Part shown: one piece after another, positions 17,634-27,527 of the stretch | Layout: each line of letters starts with the position of its first letter | Position numbering within the stretch: the stretch's first letter is position 1 | Virus record (IMG/VR): IMGVR_UViG_2772190672_000001 | Span: 47,281-111,280 of that record | Reading direction: 5' to 3' (one strand) | Origin: a virus | Taxonomy: Duplodnaviria > Caudoviricetes | Length of the DNA stretch: 64,000 bases | Notes under the pieces: model-generated | Seen by the model: only the letters and a program-made list of their open reading frames with translations | Told to the model about the DNA's origin: nothing | The model's database searches: none | Made by a program: the position numbers and the translations under genes

Positions 17634-18659
17634 CTATGCGGTGGTGGCCTCCGCCGCGAGTTGGGCGGCCATCTCGTTGCCGCTCATCCGGCCGGTGACC
17701 TTGTCGTAGGGCAGGGTGCTCGTCTTCTTGCCGAGCTGGTTGGCGCGGTTGTAGACCCGGGCCCTCCAGTCCACCGACTTCGGGACGGTCAGCGACTTCT
17801 TGTTGACCTGGAGGACCAGGTACCAGCGGCCGCCCAGCCCGACGTAGTCACCGGGCGTGAAGTCGTCCGGCCGCCAGACCTTCGCGCCATCGGCCTCGGC
17901 CCGCTCGATGTGGGCCTCCCACGCGGCGATCTGCTCACACAGGTCGAGGTGGTCGGCGTCCAGCCGGGCGAGGTTGTCGGCGAGCGTCTCGGGGTCCACC
18001 GCCTGCCGTGTGCCGCCCACCTGCACGGCGGCCTGGACAGTGGATTCCATCTGCCGCTCGATGCGCCCGAGGTCGGCCCGCAGCCGGTCCAGCCGGCGCA
18101 GCGTCGTGCCCACGTGCTTGCGGCCGTCCTCGAAGGTGGCCGCGGCGTCCGCCAGGTTCCGGCAGCGGTCCGCCTCCTGCTGCTCGGTCACGGACTGGCC
18201 GAACAGCTTCTGCGCCCGCTCCAGGTCACGGATGTGCCGTCCGGCCGAGTAGTGGTCGACCTTGACAGGCTCGCCCTGGTAGCTCGCGCCGATCCGGCGG
18301 CCCTCCGCCCACTTCTCATCCGAGGACTCCTGCAGGCGGTCGGCTCGGGCGCCGAGCCGTTCGGCCCGCTCCCCCGCCCGCCGGTACCGCTCGGACTCAG
18401 CGTCCTGGAAGGAGCGCCGTACGGATTCGTCGATGGAGAGGGTGACCGCGTGTCCGTCGGCCTCCAGGACGGCCTGTGCGCCTCGGAGCCGGCGCATGTC
18501 GGCCGCCCGGTCCCGTGAGCCTCGCAGGTAGATGAATCCGACGCTGCGGGCGTAGCGGAAGCCCCACGGGTTCAGCAGTTCCAGGATGCCGTCGCCGGGC
18601 TCGGAGCCGTGGACGAGGGTGCCATCTGCCCGCGTGTGGGTGATCGTGATGTCTGCCAT
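17634..18659 (-). CDS. DUF3560-like protein
   Basis: ITHTRADGTL...GEPVKVDHYSAGRHIRDLERA...DDFTPGD. Confidence 0.7.
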   Translation of the reverse strand: MADITITHTRADGTLVHGSEPGDGILELLNPWGFRYARSVGFIYLRGSRDRAADMRRLRGAQAVLEADGHAVTLSIDESVRRSFQDAESERYRRAGERAERLGARADRLQESSDEKWAEGRRIGASYQGEPVKVDHYSAGRHIRDLERAQKLFGQSVTEQQEADRCRNLADAAATFEDGRKHVGTTLRRLDRLRADLGRIERQMESTVQAAVQVGGTRQAVDPETLADNLARLDADHLDLCEQIAAWEAHIERAEADGAKVWRPDDFTPGDYVGLGGRWYLVLQVNKKSLTVPKSVDWRARVYNRANQLGKKTSTLPYDKVTGRMSGNEMAAQLAAEATTA

Positions 18660-18677
18660 GCCGGTTTCCCTCCTGGT

Positions 18678-19148
18678 TCAGCGGGCGTCGGTGATGTCGG
18701 CGGGGTCGAGGCCGAGGAATCTGGCCAGTTCGGCGACGGTGCCGAAGCTGCCGCTCAGGCGGTACAGCAGGTCGTCGCCGCCGCCGACGAAATCGATCCA
18801 GCTGGCGTGCATGTCGATGGCGATGTCGCCGCTGCGGACGGCCTTGCGCATCGCTTTCGCGAGGACGCGGTTGCCAAGGGTGCCGCCGGTGCTCGTGGGC
18901 ACCTTGGCCTCCGGCGTGCGGTCGGGCAGGAGTGACTGGCCGGCGGTCGTGAGGCCGAGCGGCTGGCTCTGCGGTCCGGTGGCCTTCACCCAGCCCTCAC
19001 GGAGCAGGACTTCGAGGGTGGTGGTTGCGAGAGGGCCGTCGGGGCTGTCGATTCGGGCGCCGTCGAGTCCGGTCGCCGTGAGGCGAACTCGGCCGCCCGC
19101 GATGAGGGCAAGGCCCCTCGTCTGGGCAGGGGTGGGTCGGGTGGCCAT
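18678..19148 (-). CDS. Hypothetical protein
   Basis: GGAAGGA RBS, MATRPTPAQTRG. Confidence 0.6.
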   Translation of the reverse strand: MATRPTPAQTRGLALIAGGRVRLTATGLDGARIDSPDGPLATTTLEVLLREGWVKATGPQSQPLGLTTAGQSLLPDRTPEAKVPTSTGGTLGNRVLAKAMRKAVRSGDIAIDMHASWIDFVGGGDDLLYRLSGSFGTVAELARFLGLDPADITDAR

Positions 19149-19164
19149 GCTGCGGTTCCTTCCG

Positions 19165-19452
19165 TCAGGCGGTGGCGGCGTGGGCGGCGTTGCGGGCGTC
19201 GGCCCATGCCCGGATGAGGGCGGTTCCGGCCTCGCCGGCGGCCTCGCCGGGGGTCTTGCCGTCGTGGAGTCCGGAGAGGTAGCGGCTGGCGAGGAACGCG
19301 GTGGCGCTGTCCCGGGTGAAGGTCTCCACCAGGCCGTCGAGGCTGAGGTGCGGGAACGACTCATGGAGGGAGAGGGCTGCGAATCCGGCGATCCGGCCGA
19401 CGGCCTCGCCGATCTGGTCGGCGGTCAGGGGCTTGTGGGCGGGGGTGGCCAT
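19165..19452 (-). CDS. Hypothetical protein
   Basis: AGGAG RBS, MATPAHKPLTAD; follows R10. Confidence 0.65.
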   Translation of the reverse strand: MATPAHKPLTADQIGEAVGRIAGFAALSLHESFPHLSLDGLVETFTRDSATAFLASRYLSGLHDGKTPGEAAGEAGTALIRAWADARNAAHAATA

Positions 19453-19496
19453 GTCGGGCTCCTGGGGGTTTGTAGTGGTTGGCATCATCCTCTTCA

Positions 19497-19545
19497 TTGC
19501 CGATACCTTCCGGGGTAACCTCACTACCCTGATTGATTTGGTCAA
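19497..19545 (-). repeat. Repeat R10
   Basis: TTGCCG-ATACCTT-CCGGGGTAAC-CTC-ACTACCCTGA-TTGATTT-GGTCAA. Confidence 0.85.
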
Positions 19546-19568
19546 GAAATCGTCAGGGAAACCGCAGG

Positions 19569-22316
19569 TCAGGCCACTGCGAACAGGTCCAACTGTTCCG
19601 GCGTCTGGTCGTCGGCCTCCAGCGGGGGCAGCTCCGCCATCGGCTTCTGCTTGAGGTCCGGCAGCACCGGCCGCGGCTGCGGGTTCTCGGCGTCCTCCCG
19701 CAGCTCGGCGACTACCGCGGCGTCCAGATCGTGCGTCTCGATCTCCTCGTCGCTCGGCACCCATCCGGCCGGCCGCCGCTGGAGCCGGAAGACGATGCCG
19801 TGCACCTTCGCCCAGGCCGCCCAGAGCCGGTCTTCCCGGTCCTCCCACTCCATCAGCCGCTTGTGGGCCTCCCGGAACTCTGCGCTCGCTGCCTTCCGGT
19901 CGGCCGCGTCCTTGGCGGCCTGTTCGGCGAGCCTGCGGGCCTGGACCCCATGGAGGAGCGGACGCAGCTTCTCGCATTCCTGCTCGCGGTTCTTCTCCAC
20001 CGGGCGCGGCTTCCACCGCTTCCACACGGCCACCGCCCGGCGGCCGTCGACTGTCACCAGCACCGGCCGCTCACGGTTGGCGTCGGCCGCGCCGACGGTG
20101 ACGAACCCGGCCTTCTGCAGGGCGCTCAGCCGGTGGACCGACATCAGGCGGCCAGCGGTGCCGGGGATGTCCCGGCAGTACAGCGAGCCGAACTGATGGA
20201 GGTAGAGCCGTCCGGCAGCCGCGGCGATGACGAATTCGGCCTGGCCGGTCGACCAGCCGAGCGCGGCGGCCTGCTCGCGCTGCAGACGCAGCTCCTTCGG
20301 GTCCTCGGTGGGCGGGGCGGGCTCGTCGATCGGCTGCTCGGGCTCGGGGGCCGGGGGCTCGTCGACCGGCTGCTCGGGCTCGTCGACTGGTGCGGCCACC
20401 TCGGCGGGCGGCTCGGGGGCCGGGGGTTCCTCGGCCGGGGGGTCGACCGGCGCGGCCTGGTCGGCCGAGGGCTGCTCGGGCGCGGCCTCGGTGGGTTCGG
20501 TGGGCTCGATGCCGTGGACGATGCCGCTTCCCACGCTGCCGCTCCAGTTGCTGCCCCGGTACCGGAAGCCCTCCGCCACCAGGAGCCGCCAGACCTCCCG
20601 CTTCAGTGCCGCCGAGTAGACCGCGTCCGTGAACTTCGTGCCCTCGGGCGCCGTGATGGTGACCGGCTGCCTCAGCTTGTGCGGCTGGCCCTTGCCGTCG
20701 AGGAACGTCAGCGTCGCCTCGGTGGCGTCCCACCCGCACTCGACCTTGACCTTCTTCGGGATCTTCGGGTCGCTGCGCTTCTTCGTCTTCGGCTTCGCGG
20801 CCTGCGCGGCGCGGACCTCGCTCGCCGGCTGCGCTAGGTGGGCCTTCTCCGCCGACTTCGTGCCGGGCACCTTGCCGTCCGCGAGGAAGGCCATCATCGC
20901 GGCCTCCGGACAGCGGGCCCGGATCTTCGTGTAGTCCATGCCGAAGGTCCAGGTGCTGCCGCCTTCGGTGGCGTCCTCCAGCGTCATCACCGCTTTCGGC
21001 GCCAGCCTCAAATTCCACGCGATGGACAGCGTCTTGGGGTTGGCCCGCTTGATCTGGTACCAGGTGCCGCTGTAGAGCGCGAAGTCGCCGGGGGCGAAGT
21101 CGTCGGCCTCCCACAGCTTCACGCCGTTCTGGCGGGCCTCCTCGACCACCTTTTCCCAACCGGCGATCTCCTCGGTCAGGTCCTCGATCCGCCGCTCGTA
21201 CCGGCCCGCGTCCCGGCCCGCGGCCAGCTGCTCGTCCCTCCAGCGCTCCTGCTGGCGCAGCTCCGCGTTCAGCTTCTCCAGCCGCCGGCGGGTGCGGTTC
21301 GGGTCGTAGCGGCGGGCCTCGTACTTCGCGGCGGCCTCCGCGCGGTCGCTGTGGTACTGGGCCTTGCCGTGTTCCTCGATCGAGGCCCGCATGTTGTTGT
21401 CGCTGCGCTCGATGGCGCGGCGATGGCGGCGCTCGCTGTGGTGGCCGACGAGGATCGGCTGGCCGGGCTCGATGCCGTCGAGCGCCCCGAGGGCCGCCTT
21501 GTGGCGGGCGTCGGAGCGGGCGGCCGCGCGGCCGGCGTAGTCGCTGTGCCGCTCGGCCCGATTCTCGGCCCGCTCCAGCCGCTCAGCCTCGGCCTCCTTG
21601 AAGCTGCGCCGCTGGGTCTCGTCGATGTCGACGGTCACCTCCCACCCGGCCTCGCGCAGGGCCTTGACCGCCCGGTTGATGCGCAAGCGGTCGGCTTCCC
21701 GGTCGCGGGAGTTGCGGATGTAGAGCGCGCCGAGGTTGCGGGAGGAGCGGAAGCCGATCGGGCGGACGATCTCCCAGACGCCGTCGTGCTTGCGGGAGCC
21801 CTCCAAGAGCGTGCCGTCCGCGCGGGTGTGGGTGATGGTGAGCGAGCCTTTGAAGGACGGCTCCTCAGTCGGGGGCTCCTCAGCCGGGGGCTCGTCGGCC
21901 GGGGGCTGCTCGCCCTCTTCCGGCTGCGCCGGGTCCTCGAGGACCGCCGTCTCACCGGCGGGCTCCTCCGGCTCGGGGGCGGTGGCGGGCTGGGCGGGCG
22001 GTTCCTCGCGGACCTTCTCGACGGCCCCGTTGCTGATCGTGCAGTGCGGGCGGCCCTTGTCGCTGTACCGGACGCACACGGTGAACGACCAGCCGCCGTC
22101 TTCGAGCGCCCAGCGCTCGATGTCGTCTGCGCGGGCCGCGACCGTCTCGTCCGCGTGCCCGGTGAGGGTGAGGACGTAGGTCCGGATGCGCTCGCCGGCG
22201 CCGTTGTAGTCGCCGTCGATGCGGAAGTCCTTGCCCTTGCCCTGGGTGAGGCCGAGGCGCCGCAGGGCGCGGGCGATGGCGATGCTGGGCGTCTTGGCGG
22301 GTGGGGTGGTGGCCAT
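19569..22316 (-). CDS. Large multidomain DUF3560-containing protein with Pro/Glu linkers
   Basis: GQPILVGHHSERRHRRAIER; ITHTRADGTL shared with 17634-18659; AAGGAGG RBS. Confidence 0.8.
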   Translation of the reverse strand: MATTPPAKTPSIAIARALRRLGLTQGKGKDFRIDGDYNGAGERIRTYVLTLTGHADETVAARADDIERWALEDGGWSFTVCVRYSDKGRPHCTISNGAVEKVREEPPAQPATAPEPEEPAGETAVLEDPAQPEEGEQPPADEPPAEEPPTEEPSFKGSLTITHTRADGTLLEGSRKHDGVWEIVRPIGFRSSRNLGALYIRNSRDREADRLRINRAVKALREAGWEVTVDIDETQRRSFKEAEAERLERAENRAERHSDYAGRAAARSDARHKAALGALDGIEPGQPILVGHHSERRHRRAIERSDNNMRASIEEHGKAQYHSDRAEAAAKYEARRYDPNRTRRRLEKLNAELRQQERWRDEQLAAGRDAGRYERRIEDLTEEIAGWEKVVEEARQNGVKLWEADDFAPGDFALYSGTWYQIKRANPKTLSIAWNLRLAPKAVMTLEDATEGGSTWTFGMDYTKIRARCPEAAMMAFLADGKVPGTKSAEKAHLAQPASEVRAAQAAKPKTKKRSDPKIPKKVKVECGWDATEATLTFLDGKGQPHKLRQPVTITAPEGTKFTDAVYSAALKREVWRLLVAEGFRYRGSNWSGSVGSGIVHGIEPTEPTEAAPEQPSADQAAPVDPPAEEPPAPEPPAEVAAPVDEPEQPVDEPPAPEPEQPIDEPAPPTEDPKELRLQREQAAALGWSTGQAEFVIAAAAGRLYLHQFGSLYCRDIPGTAGRLMSVHRLSALQKAGFVTVGAADANRERPVLVTVDGRRAVAVWKRWKPRPVEKNREQECEKLRPLLHGVQARRLAEQAAKDAADRKAASAEFREAHKRLMEWEDREDRLWAAWAKVHGIVFRLQRRPAGWVPSDEEIETHDLDAAVVAELREDAENPQPRPVLPDLKQKPMAELPPLEADDQTPEQLDLFAVA

Positions 22317-22372
22317 GATTCCTCCTTCGGAGATGCGGGCGGCCCGGCCCCCGCGGGGGCCGGGCCGGGCGG

Positions 22373-22630
22373 TCAGTGGACGCGGGTGGCGGCCATCGCG
22401 GCGTCCACGATGAGGCCGGTCTGGGCCCAGCTGGCCTCGGCCTGGGCGAACTCGGAGCCGCCGTAGCCCTCGCGGCCGTCGATGTACGCCTTGCCGTGGC
22501 CCTTGGGGAGGCGGACGGTCCAGGTGTAACCGGCGTGGCTGACGGTGGTGGTCAGGCCGAGGTTGGTGCGCTTCCAGCTGGTGGCGCCGATGGCCAGGGT
22601 GAAGACCATGTCGGTGGTGGTGGTGTCCAT
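22373..22630 (-). CDS. Hypothetical protein
   Basis: GGGAG RBS; follows R11. Confidence 0.7.
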   Translation of the reverse strand: MDTTTTDMVFTLAIGATSWKRTNLGLTTTVSHAGYTWTVRLPKGHGKAYIDGREGYGGSEFAQAEASWAQTGLIVDAAMAATRVH

Positions 22631-22671
22631 GTCCGGCTCCCTGGGGGTGGTGAGTGGTGACACCTTCTTCA

Positions 22672-22720
22672 TTGACCCCATCCATCGGGTTAACCTCGTT
22701 AGCCCGATGGATTTGGTCAA
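22672..22720 (-). repeat. Repeat R11
   Basis: TTGACC-CCATCCA-TCGGGTTAAC-CTC-GTTAGCCCGA-TGGATTT-GGTCAA. Confidence 0.95.
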
Positions 22721-22742
22721 AAGGTCGGCAAGTATAGGCAGG

Positions 22743-23267
22743 TCAGCGGCCGTCGAGACTCGCCAGCTGGCGGACTAGCCCCCAGCCGTCGCGCCAGAAG
22801 GAACGGCGGGTGTTGTCGTACGCCTCCTGCCACTCGGGCGGGACCCGGCCGTCACCTCGGGTGTACGTGCCGGTGAGGCCGTCGTACCGGCCCAACAGCT
22901 CGGTGGCGTCGTCAGCGAGTTCATCGAGGCCGCGCCGCCGTTCATGCTCGGGACGCAGATCGACGTGCCCGAGCTCGTGCTGCCCCTGAGGCAGACCCTC
23001 GTACGACTCGTCGGCGACCACGTAGCAGTCGGGCGTCTCCTCGCCTGCCATGTGCCAGGCGAGCGCTGCCGCCCACGCCTTCTCCGTCGAGCAGGCGTCG
23101 AGCACGTACCGGGTGGCGCTGCCGCTGCGGCCGCTGCAGTCGTGCCGCTCGGGGCCTCGGACGGTCACGGTGAACGGCCGCTCCGCCTGCCGGTAGTCGT
23201 CGGGCAGATTGCCGTACAGGGGCTCGCCGCCGTAGCGCTCGGGCGTCTCCAGGTACTTCCCGGTCAT
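22743..23267 (-). CDS. Hypothetical protein
   Basis: GGAAGGA RBS, MTGKYLETPERYGG. Confidence 0.7.
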   Translation of the reverse strand: MTGKYLETPERYGGEPLYGNLPDDYRQAERPFTVTVRGPERHDCSGRSGSATRYVLDACSTEKAWAAALAWHMAGEETPDCYVVADESYEGLPQGQHELGHVDLRPEHERRRGLDELADDATELLGRYDGLTGTYTRGDGRVPPEWQEAYDNTRRSFWRDGWGLVRQLASLDGR

Positions 23268-23296
23268 CGGGGTCCTTCCTTCGCCGGTGTAGGGGT

Positions 23297-23362
23297 GTCC
23301 GGATGCTGTCCGGACGGAGTCCGGGTGCTGTCCGGACGGAGTCCGGGTGCTGTCCGGACACT
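23297..23362. repeat. Six tandem 11-bp units GTCCGG(A/G)(C/T)NNN; related clusters near 23400-23450, 23953-23985, 34910-35030, 46410-46565, 47048-47070 and 53016-53150
   Basis: gtccggatgct|gtccggacgga|gtccgggtgct|gtccggacgga|gtccgggtgct|gtccggacact. Confidence 0.85.
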
Positions 23363-23371
23363 GCGGGGCCG

Positions 23372-23902
23372 CTACCAGATGAGGGCGGCGTGACCTGCGC
23401 GGACACTGTCCGGACATCCCGTCCGGACGCTGTCCGGCCGGGTGTCCGCGTGCAGAACGATCGGGTTGCGCCGCCAACTGTCGTCCACCCACAGATGCAC
23501 CCAGGGCCGCCCGGAGATCGAGCGCCCGTTCATCGGTGGGACCGGGCGGCCGGGGAGGACCCTGCGCCCGCTCCATGCGCCGTGGAACCAGATCCGGCCG
23601 GCCACGTTGGTGTAGCGCATGCCGACCAGCTCGGAGAGGTCGAGCCCTTCGAGGGAGAGGTCCCGCAGCTCCTCGGCGAGCGAGCGGAGGGTCCAGGTGG
23701 ACGTCCAGCCGAGCCGTTCGGCGCTGGCCTCGCGGAGCTGGCGCAGTTCCAGCGGGGTGAGCGGCTCGTCCTCGTAGCGGCGGTGGATCGCGTCGTCCAG
23801 CGCGCGGAAGAGGTGCCGGGGGGCGGCCTGGGTGTCGGTGTCGGGGAGGTAGGTGGCGGCGGCGGCGTAGACGCCCCGGATGGTGGTTTCGGTGACCTGC
23901 AT
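23372..23902 (-). CDS. Hypothetical protein
   Basis: GAAAGG RBS, MQVTETTIRG. Confidence 0.6.
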   Translation of the reverse strand: MQVTETTIRGVYAAAATYLPDTDTQAAPRHLFRALDDAIHRRYEDEPLTPLELRQLREASAERLGWTSTWTLRSLAEELRDLSLEGLDLSELVGMRYTNVAGRIWFHGAWSGRRVLPGRPVPPMNGRSISGRPWVHLWVDDSWRRNPIVLHADTRPDSVRTGCPDSVRAGHAALIW

Positions 23903-23988
23903 GGCGGCCTTTCGTGGGGGCGGAGGAGGGTCCGGACGGCGGCCGCTGAGCTGGGCGGACACTGTCCGGACGCCGTCCGGACAGTGGG

Positions 23989-24618
23989 TCAGGCGAAGTT
24001 GGTCTGGTCGGTGTGCTCGCCGCCGCGCTTCCAGATGAGCGCGCGGACGTGGGCCGCGGGGACCTCGTAGAAGAGGCGGCCGGGGAGCGGCTGGCCGTTG
24101 AGGCGGGTCAGCTGGAGTTCGCGCTCCTCCTGCTCCCAGGCGTCATCGGCGGGCGGTTCGATCGCCTCGGGCAGGTAGACGTCCACGTAGCCGCCGCCGG
24201 CGTCGGCCTTGATGGCGATGACCTCGCCGTCGGCCAGGCGGATGCGGAGCATCGGGCGGCGGCCGGTGCCGGTGCCGTCGGTGACGGCCTGGTCGAAGCG
24301 GTCGGTGACGGGGGCGCTCTGGTCGGCGTGCTCGCCGCCGTGCTCCTCGATGAGCGTGCGGACTTTGGCCACGGCCACCTCGTAGAAGTAGCGGCCGTCG
24401 ACCGGCTCGTCGCCGGCGGTCAGCCACGCCTCCCACGGGTCTTCCAGCTCCCAGCTCTCGCCGTCGGGGGTGCCGATCTCGTTCGGCAGGTAGACGTCCA
24501 CGGTGGCCGCACAGGAGGCGGCCTTGATGCTGATGACCTGGCCGTCGGCGAGGCGGAGGTTGTAGTGGACGTCGTTGGTGCCGTCGGTGAGGAACTGCTC
24601 GAAGTGGGTGGCGGTCAT
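23989..24618 (-). CDS. Hypothetical protein made of two copies of one ~100-aa domain
   Basis: RLADG.VI.IKA...VDVYLP...WE...FYEV....VR.LI...GGEH.DQ occurs twice. Confidence 0.8.
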   Translation of the reverse strand: MTATHFEQFLTDGTNDVHYNLRLADGQVISIKAASCAATVDVYLPNEIGTPDGESWELEDPWEAWLTAGDEPVDGRYFYEVAVAKVRTLIEEHGGEHADQSAPVTDRFDQAVTDGTGTGRRPMLRIRLADGEVIAIKADAGGGYVDVYLPEAIEPPADDAWEQEERELQLTRLNGQPLPGRLFYEVPAAHVRALIWKRGGEHTDQTNFA

Positions 24619-24663
24619 GGCTGCTGCTCCGATCTGGGGTGGTGGGTGGTGACACCTTCTTCA

Positions 24664-24712
24664 CTGACCCCACCCATCGGGGTAACCTCATTACCCCGAT
24701 GGATTTGGTCAA
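24664..24712 (-). repeat. Repeat R12
   Basis: CTGACC-CCACCCA-TCGGGGTAAC-CTC-ATTACCCCGA-TGGATTT-GGTCAA. Confidence 0.95.
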
Positions 24713-24735
24713 GAAGTCGACAAGGAAGCCGCCGG

Positions 24736-25350
24736 TCAGACCGAGGTGGCGGCGGCGGTGAAGGCGGCGTCCAGGGACTGGACGAAGTCCGCGCCGACGG
24801 CCGCGAGGTGGGCGGCCTGGCGAGCATCGGCCTGCTCGGCATTCTTGGCGTGGGCGGCCAGGCCGCACGAGCACCAGGCGGTCGTGCGGTCGCTGGATTC
24901 CATGCGCTGATGCTTGGCGGCCACCAGGCTGAGGCGAGCAGACAGGGTGAGCCGCAGGTGCTCGTTGTCGCCGTTGAGGAGGAAGCCCTGCGCGAGGAGC
25001 CGGTCGGCCTGGCTGGGCGGAATTTCGTACGAGCCGGCCGCGATGACGGGCATCGTGTACCGCTCGGAGTCGACGAGCCGGACGGCGGGGACGGAGGCGA
25101 TGACCCGCAGGTTGGCCAAGTCGTAGTCGCTGGGGTCGGCGGGGACCCGCGGGGTGAGGGTGATGGAGCGCACGACCCGGGCACGGGTGGCGGGGTCGAT
25201 CCGACGCCAGCGGATGACGGCGCCGCCGGTGCGCTGGGGCTCGATGGCGTAGCCGCGGTTACAGGCCCGGCGCAGGAGGAGCAGGGCGTGGGGCTCACTG
25301 ACGCTGCCGGTGGTGATGCTGCTGCCGCTGTCGACGGTCTCGGTGAACAT
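24736..25350 (-). CDS. Hypothetical protein
   Basis: AAGGAG RBS, MFTETVDSG; C-terminal WCSCG..H. Confidence 0.7.
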   Translation of the reverse strand: MFTETVDSGSSITTGSVSEPHALLLLRRACNRGYAIEPQRTGGAVIRWRRIDPATRARVVRSITLTPRVPADPSDYDLANLRVIASVPAVRLVDSERYTMPVIAAGSYEIPPSQADRLLAQGFLLNGDNEHLRLTLSARLSLVAAKHQRMESSDRTTAWCSCGLAAHAKNAEQADARQAAHLAAVGADFVQSLDAAFTAAATSV

Positions 25351-25428
25351 AGTGGCCGCTCCTTGCTGTCGGGGTGGGCCCGGCCGGGTCCGTGGCCGAG
25401 CCCTGGGTGGTGTGTCGTACATTCATCC

Positions 25429-25477
25429 TTGACCAAGCCCAACCGGTTAACCTCCCTACACCGGCCGATTTGGTCAA
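25429..25477 (-). repeat. Repeat R13
   Basis: TTGACC-AAGCCCA-ACCGGTTAAC-CTC-CCTACACCGG-CCGATTT-GGTCAA. Confidence 0.9.
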
Positions 25478-25500
25478 GGGATCGACAAGGAAGCTGCTGG

Positions 25501-25884
25501 TCAGCGGTCCAGCTTGCCGAACATGACGTCGGCCACGGACGGGCCCGGCCTGCCCGAGCCGGGCAGCTTCCCGTACAGCGCTCCCTCGCCGGGGCCGCGC
25601 TCGTCGTCCGGCTCGGGCTGCCGCTCCGCCTGCTCGGGCCCGGCCTCCTCGACCGGCGCGCCGTGGCGGGCGAACAGGGCCTTCAGCTTGTCGTCGTCCT
25701 CCAGCAGCTCGCGCACGACCTTGCCGGTGGCCTCGCTGTGTTCGTCGCAGGTGGCGAGCCCGTAGCCGCTGCTGGCGTACACCAGCAGGTACGCCTCGAC
25801 GCTCTCACCGCCCAGCAGGTGGCGGACGCACTGCATCGGGGTGCTGATGCGGTGCTCGTAGGTGCGGATCCAGTTGATGTTCAT
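25501..25884 (-). CDS. Hypothetical protein
   Basis: AAGGGA RBS; ORF track. Confidence 0.65.
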   Translation of the reverse strand: MNINWIRTYEHRISTPMQCVRHLLGGESVEAYLLVYASSGYGLATCDEHSEATGKVVRELLEDDDKLKALFARHGAPVEEAGPEQAERQPEPDDERGPGEGALYGKLPGSGRPGPSVADVMFGKLDR

Positions 25885-25920
25885 GGCGGTCCCTTCGGGT
25901 GGGGTGGTGGGGTGGTGGGG

Positions 25921-26847
25921 TCAGGTGCGGAGGTGGCGGTCGGCGTGGGCGTCCAGCCAGATGGCCAGGCGCAGCGCGGCCTCCGCGCACTCGGCGGCCA
26001 GGCTGAGCCCGGACGGGGACTCGAAGACCTCGGCGACGTGGCCGCCGTCGCTGTCGTACAGGTGGCCCGCCCATGGCTCGTCGTGCTCGCCGGCGGCCCG
26101 CATGGCGTGCTCGCCGGAAGAGATCAGCACGCGCGGCCCGGTGTGGGCCTCGCCCTCGTCGGCGCTGCGGTCGACGGCCACCAGGGCGCAGGAGACGCCG
26201 CGGTCCTCGTGCAGGAAGGCCGGGATGCCGAACTCGTTGAGGGCGACCACGAGCTTCCCGCCCTCGTGGGTGCGGGCCCGTGCGGCGGCCTTCTCGGCGT
26301 AACTGCGCTGCGCGGCCAGGTGGTACGGGATCACGCTCTGGTTGCACGGGCGGGCGTTGTCGACGGCGACCACCTTCGCGAGTTGCTCGCGCTTGTAGTG
26401 GATGGCGGTCAGGGCGCGCAGCGCCCAGGCCACGGCCTCGTCGTCGTCCGAGTCGAGCCCGCCGCTGTGGATGACGGTGTTGCGGCGCTTCAGGAGCTCG
26501 AAGTCGTCCCGGGCGAGCTTCTCGCTGACCGCGCCGAGCGGTTTGAGGTCGCCGACCTGGCCGAGGGCGGGGGCGACCGCGTAGTCCAGACCGGCCGGGG
26601 AGAGGTGGAAGTCATGCGCCTCCATGAGGTCGCGGGCCTCCTGCAGAACCTCCAGCGTCTCGACGGGCAGCCGGCGGCCGTCCTCGATCGGGTAGGTCGG
26701 TGCGGTCAGTGAGGCGAAGCGGAGGTGGGCGACGAGGCGGCCGATGTAGGCGCGGTCGGGGTGGTGGGCGCGGTCCTGGACGATCCCGGCGAGGATGCGC
26801 AGCCGTCGGGCGACGGTCTCGGTGGCGGTGGCGGTGGCGGTGGTCAC
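25921..26847 (-). CDS. Hypothetical protein
   Basis: AAGGAG RBS before GTG; GC3-biased codons. Confidence 0.7.
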   Translation of the reverse strand: MTTATATATETVARRLRILAGIVQDRAHHPDRAYIGRLVAHLRFASLTAPTYPIEDGRRLPVETLEVLQEARDLMEAHDFHLSPAGLDYAVAPALGQVGDLKPLGAVSEKLARDDFELLKRRNTVIHSGGLDSDDDEAVAWALRALTAIHYKREQLAKVVAVDNARPCNQSVIPYHLAAQRSYAEKAAARARTHEGGKLVVALNEFGIPAFLHEDRGVSCALVAVDRSADEGEAHTGPRVLISSGEHAMRAAGEHDEPWAGHLYDSDGGHVAEVFESPSGLSLAAECAEAALRLAIWLDAHADRHLRT

Positions 26848-26869
26848 GGTGCTCCTTCCGGTGGTGTGG

Positions 26870-27340
26870 TCAAGCCCAGCGGCGCAGGGCGGACTGGCGG
26901 CGGCCGCGGTAGGGCACCGCGGCATCGGGGTGCTGGCGGGTGATGTGGTCGAAGGCCGCCTGGCGGGCTCCGTCGCGGGTGGTGGAGGAGCGGCCGATGG
27001 TCGGGCAGTCGAAGTTGTAGCCGTCGGCGGCGACGGTCTCGCCGGTGATGACGTGGACCTCGCAGCGCCAGATCCACCGGCCGCGCCGGCTGCCGGGCTC
27101 CTGCCGGTAGGAGACGAGCGCGACGGGGGCCGGGGCGCCCACGGCCTCCAGCAGGCTCTCGGTGAGAGCGCCGTTGCGCTGGTCGAAGTGAAGGAGCTGG
27201 GGGCGGATCTCGTACCAGCGCAGGTTCAGCGGCGGCCATTGGTCGACGGGCACCGGCTGGTCGTCGGGCAGGAAGTCACCGGGGGCGGCCAGGTCGGGCC
27301 AGTCCCGCCGGACGGTGTGGAGGTGGGGCAGCTTGTTCAC
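26870..27340 (-). CDS. Hypothetical protein
   Basis: GAAGGA RBS. Confidence 0.6.
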   Translation of the reverse strand: MNKLPHLHTVRRDWPDLAAPGDFLPDDQPVPVDQWPPLNLRWYEIRPQLLHFDQRNGALTESLLEAVGAPAPVALVSYRQEPGSRRGRWIWRCEVHVITGETVAADGYNFDCPTIGRSSTTRDGARQAAFDHITRQHPDAAVPYRGRRQSALRRWA

Positions 27341-27360
27341 GGGGGTCCTTCCGTGGTCGG

Positions 27361-27516
27361 TCAGTAGGAGGCGAGGCAGGAGCAGACGGTCTTCCAGCCG
27401 AACTGGTCGACCTCGATCTGGTCGCCGCAGCCGTCGCAGCGGGTGGTGCGCCAGCGGGACGGCTCGGGCTGCTCGATGGCGTTTCGGATCTCGGGGGGCT
27501 TGGTCTGATCCGGCAT
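27361..27516 (-). CDS. Small Cys-motif protein
   Basis: MPDQTK...CDGCG...CSC. Confidence 0.5.
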   Translation of the reverse strand: MPDQTKPPEIRNAIEQPEPSRWRTTRCDGCGDQIEVDQFGWKTVCSCLASY

Positions 27517-27527
27517 GGGGAGCCCTC

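Noticed and set aside
17-27000. Long plus-strand ORFs (e.g. 17-1810, 7551-10547, 13567-15780, 24013-26712)
   Set aside because: Antisense shadows of high-GC minus-strand genes with no recognisable motifs
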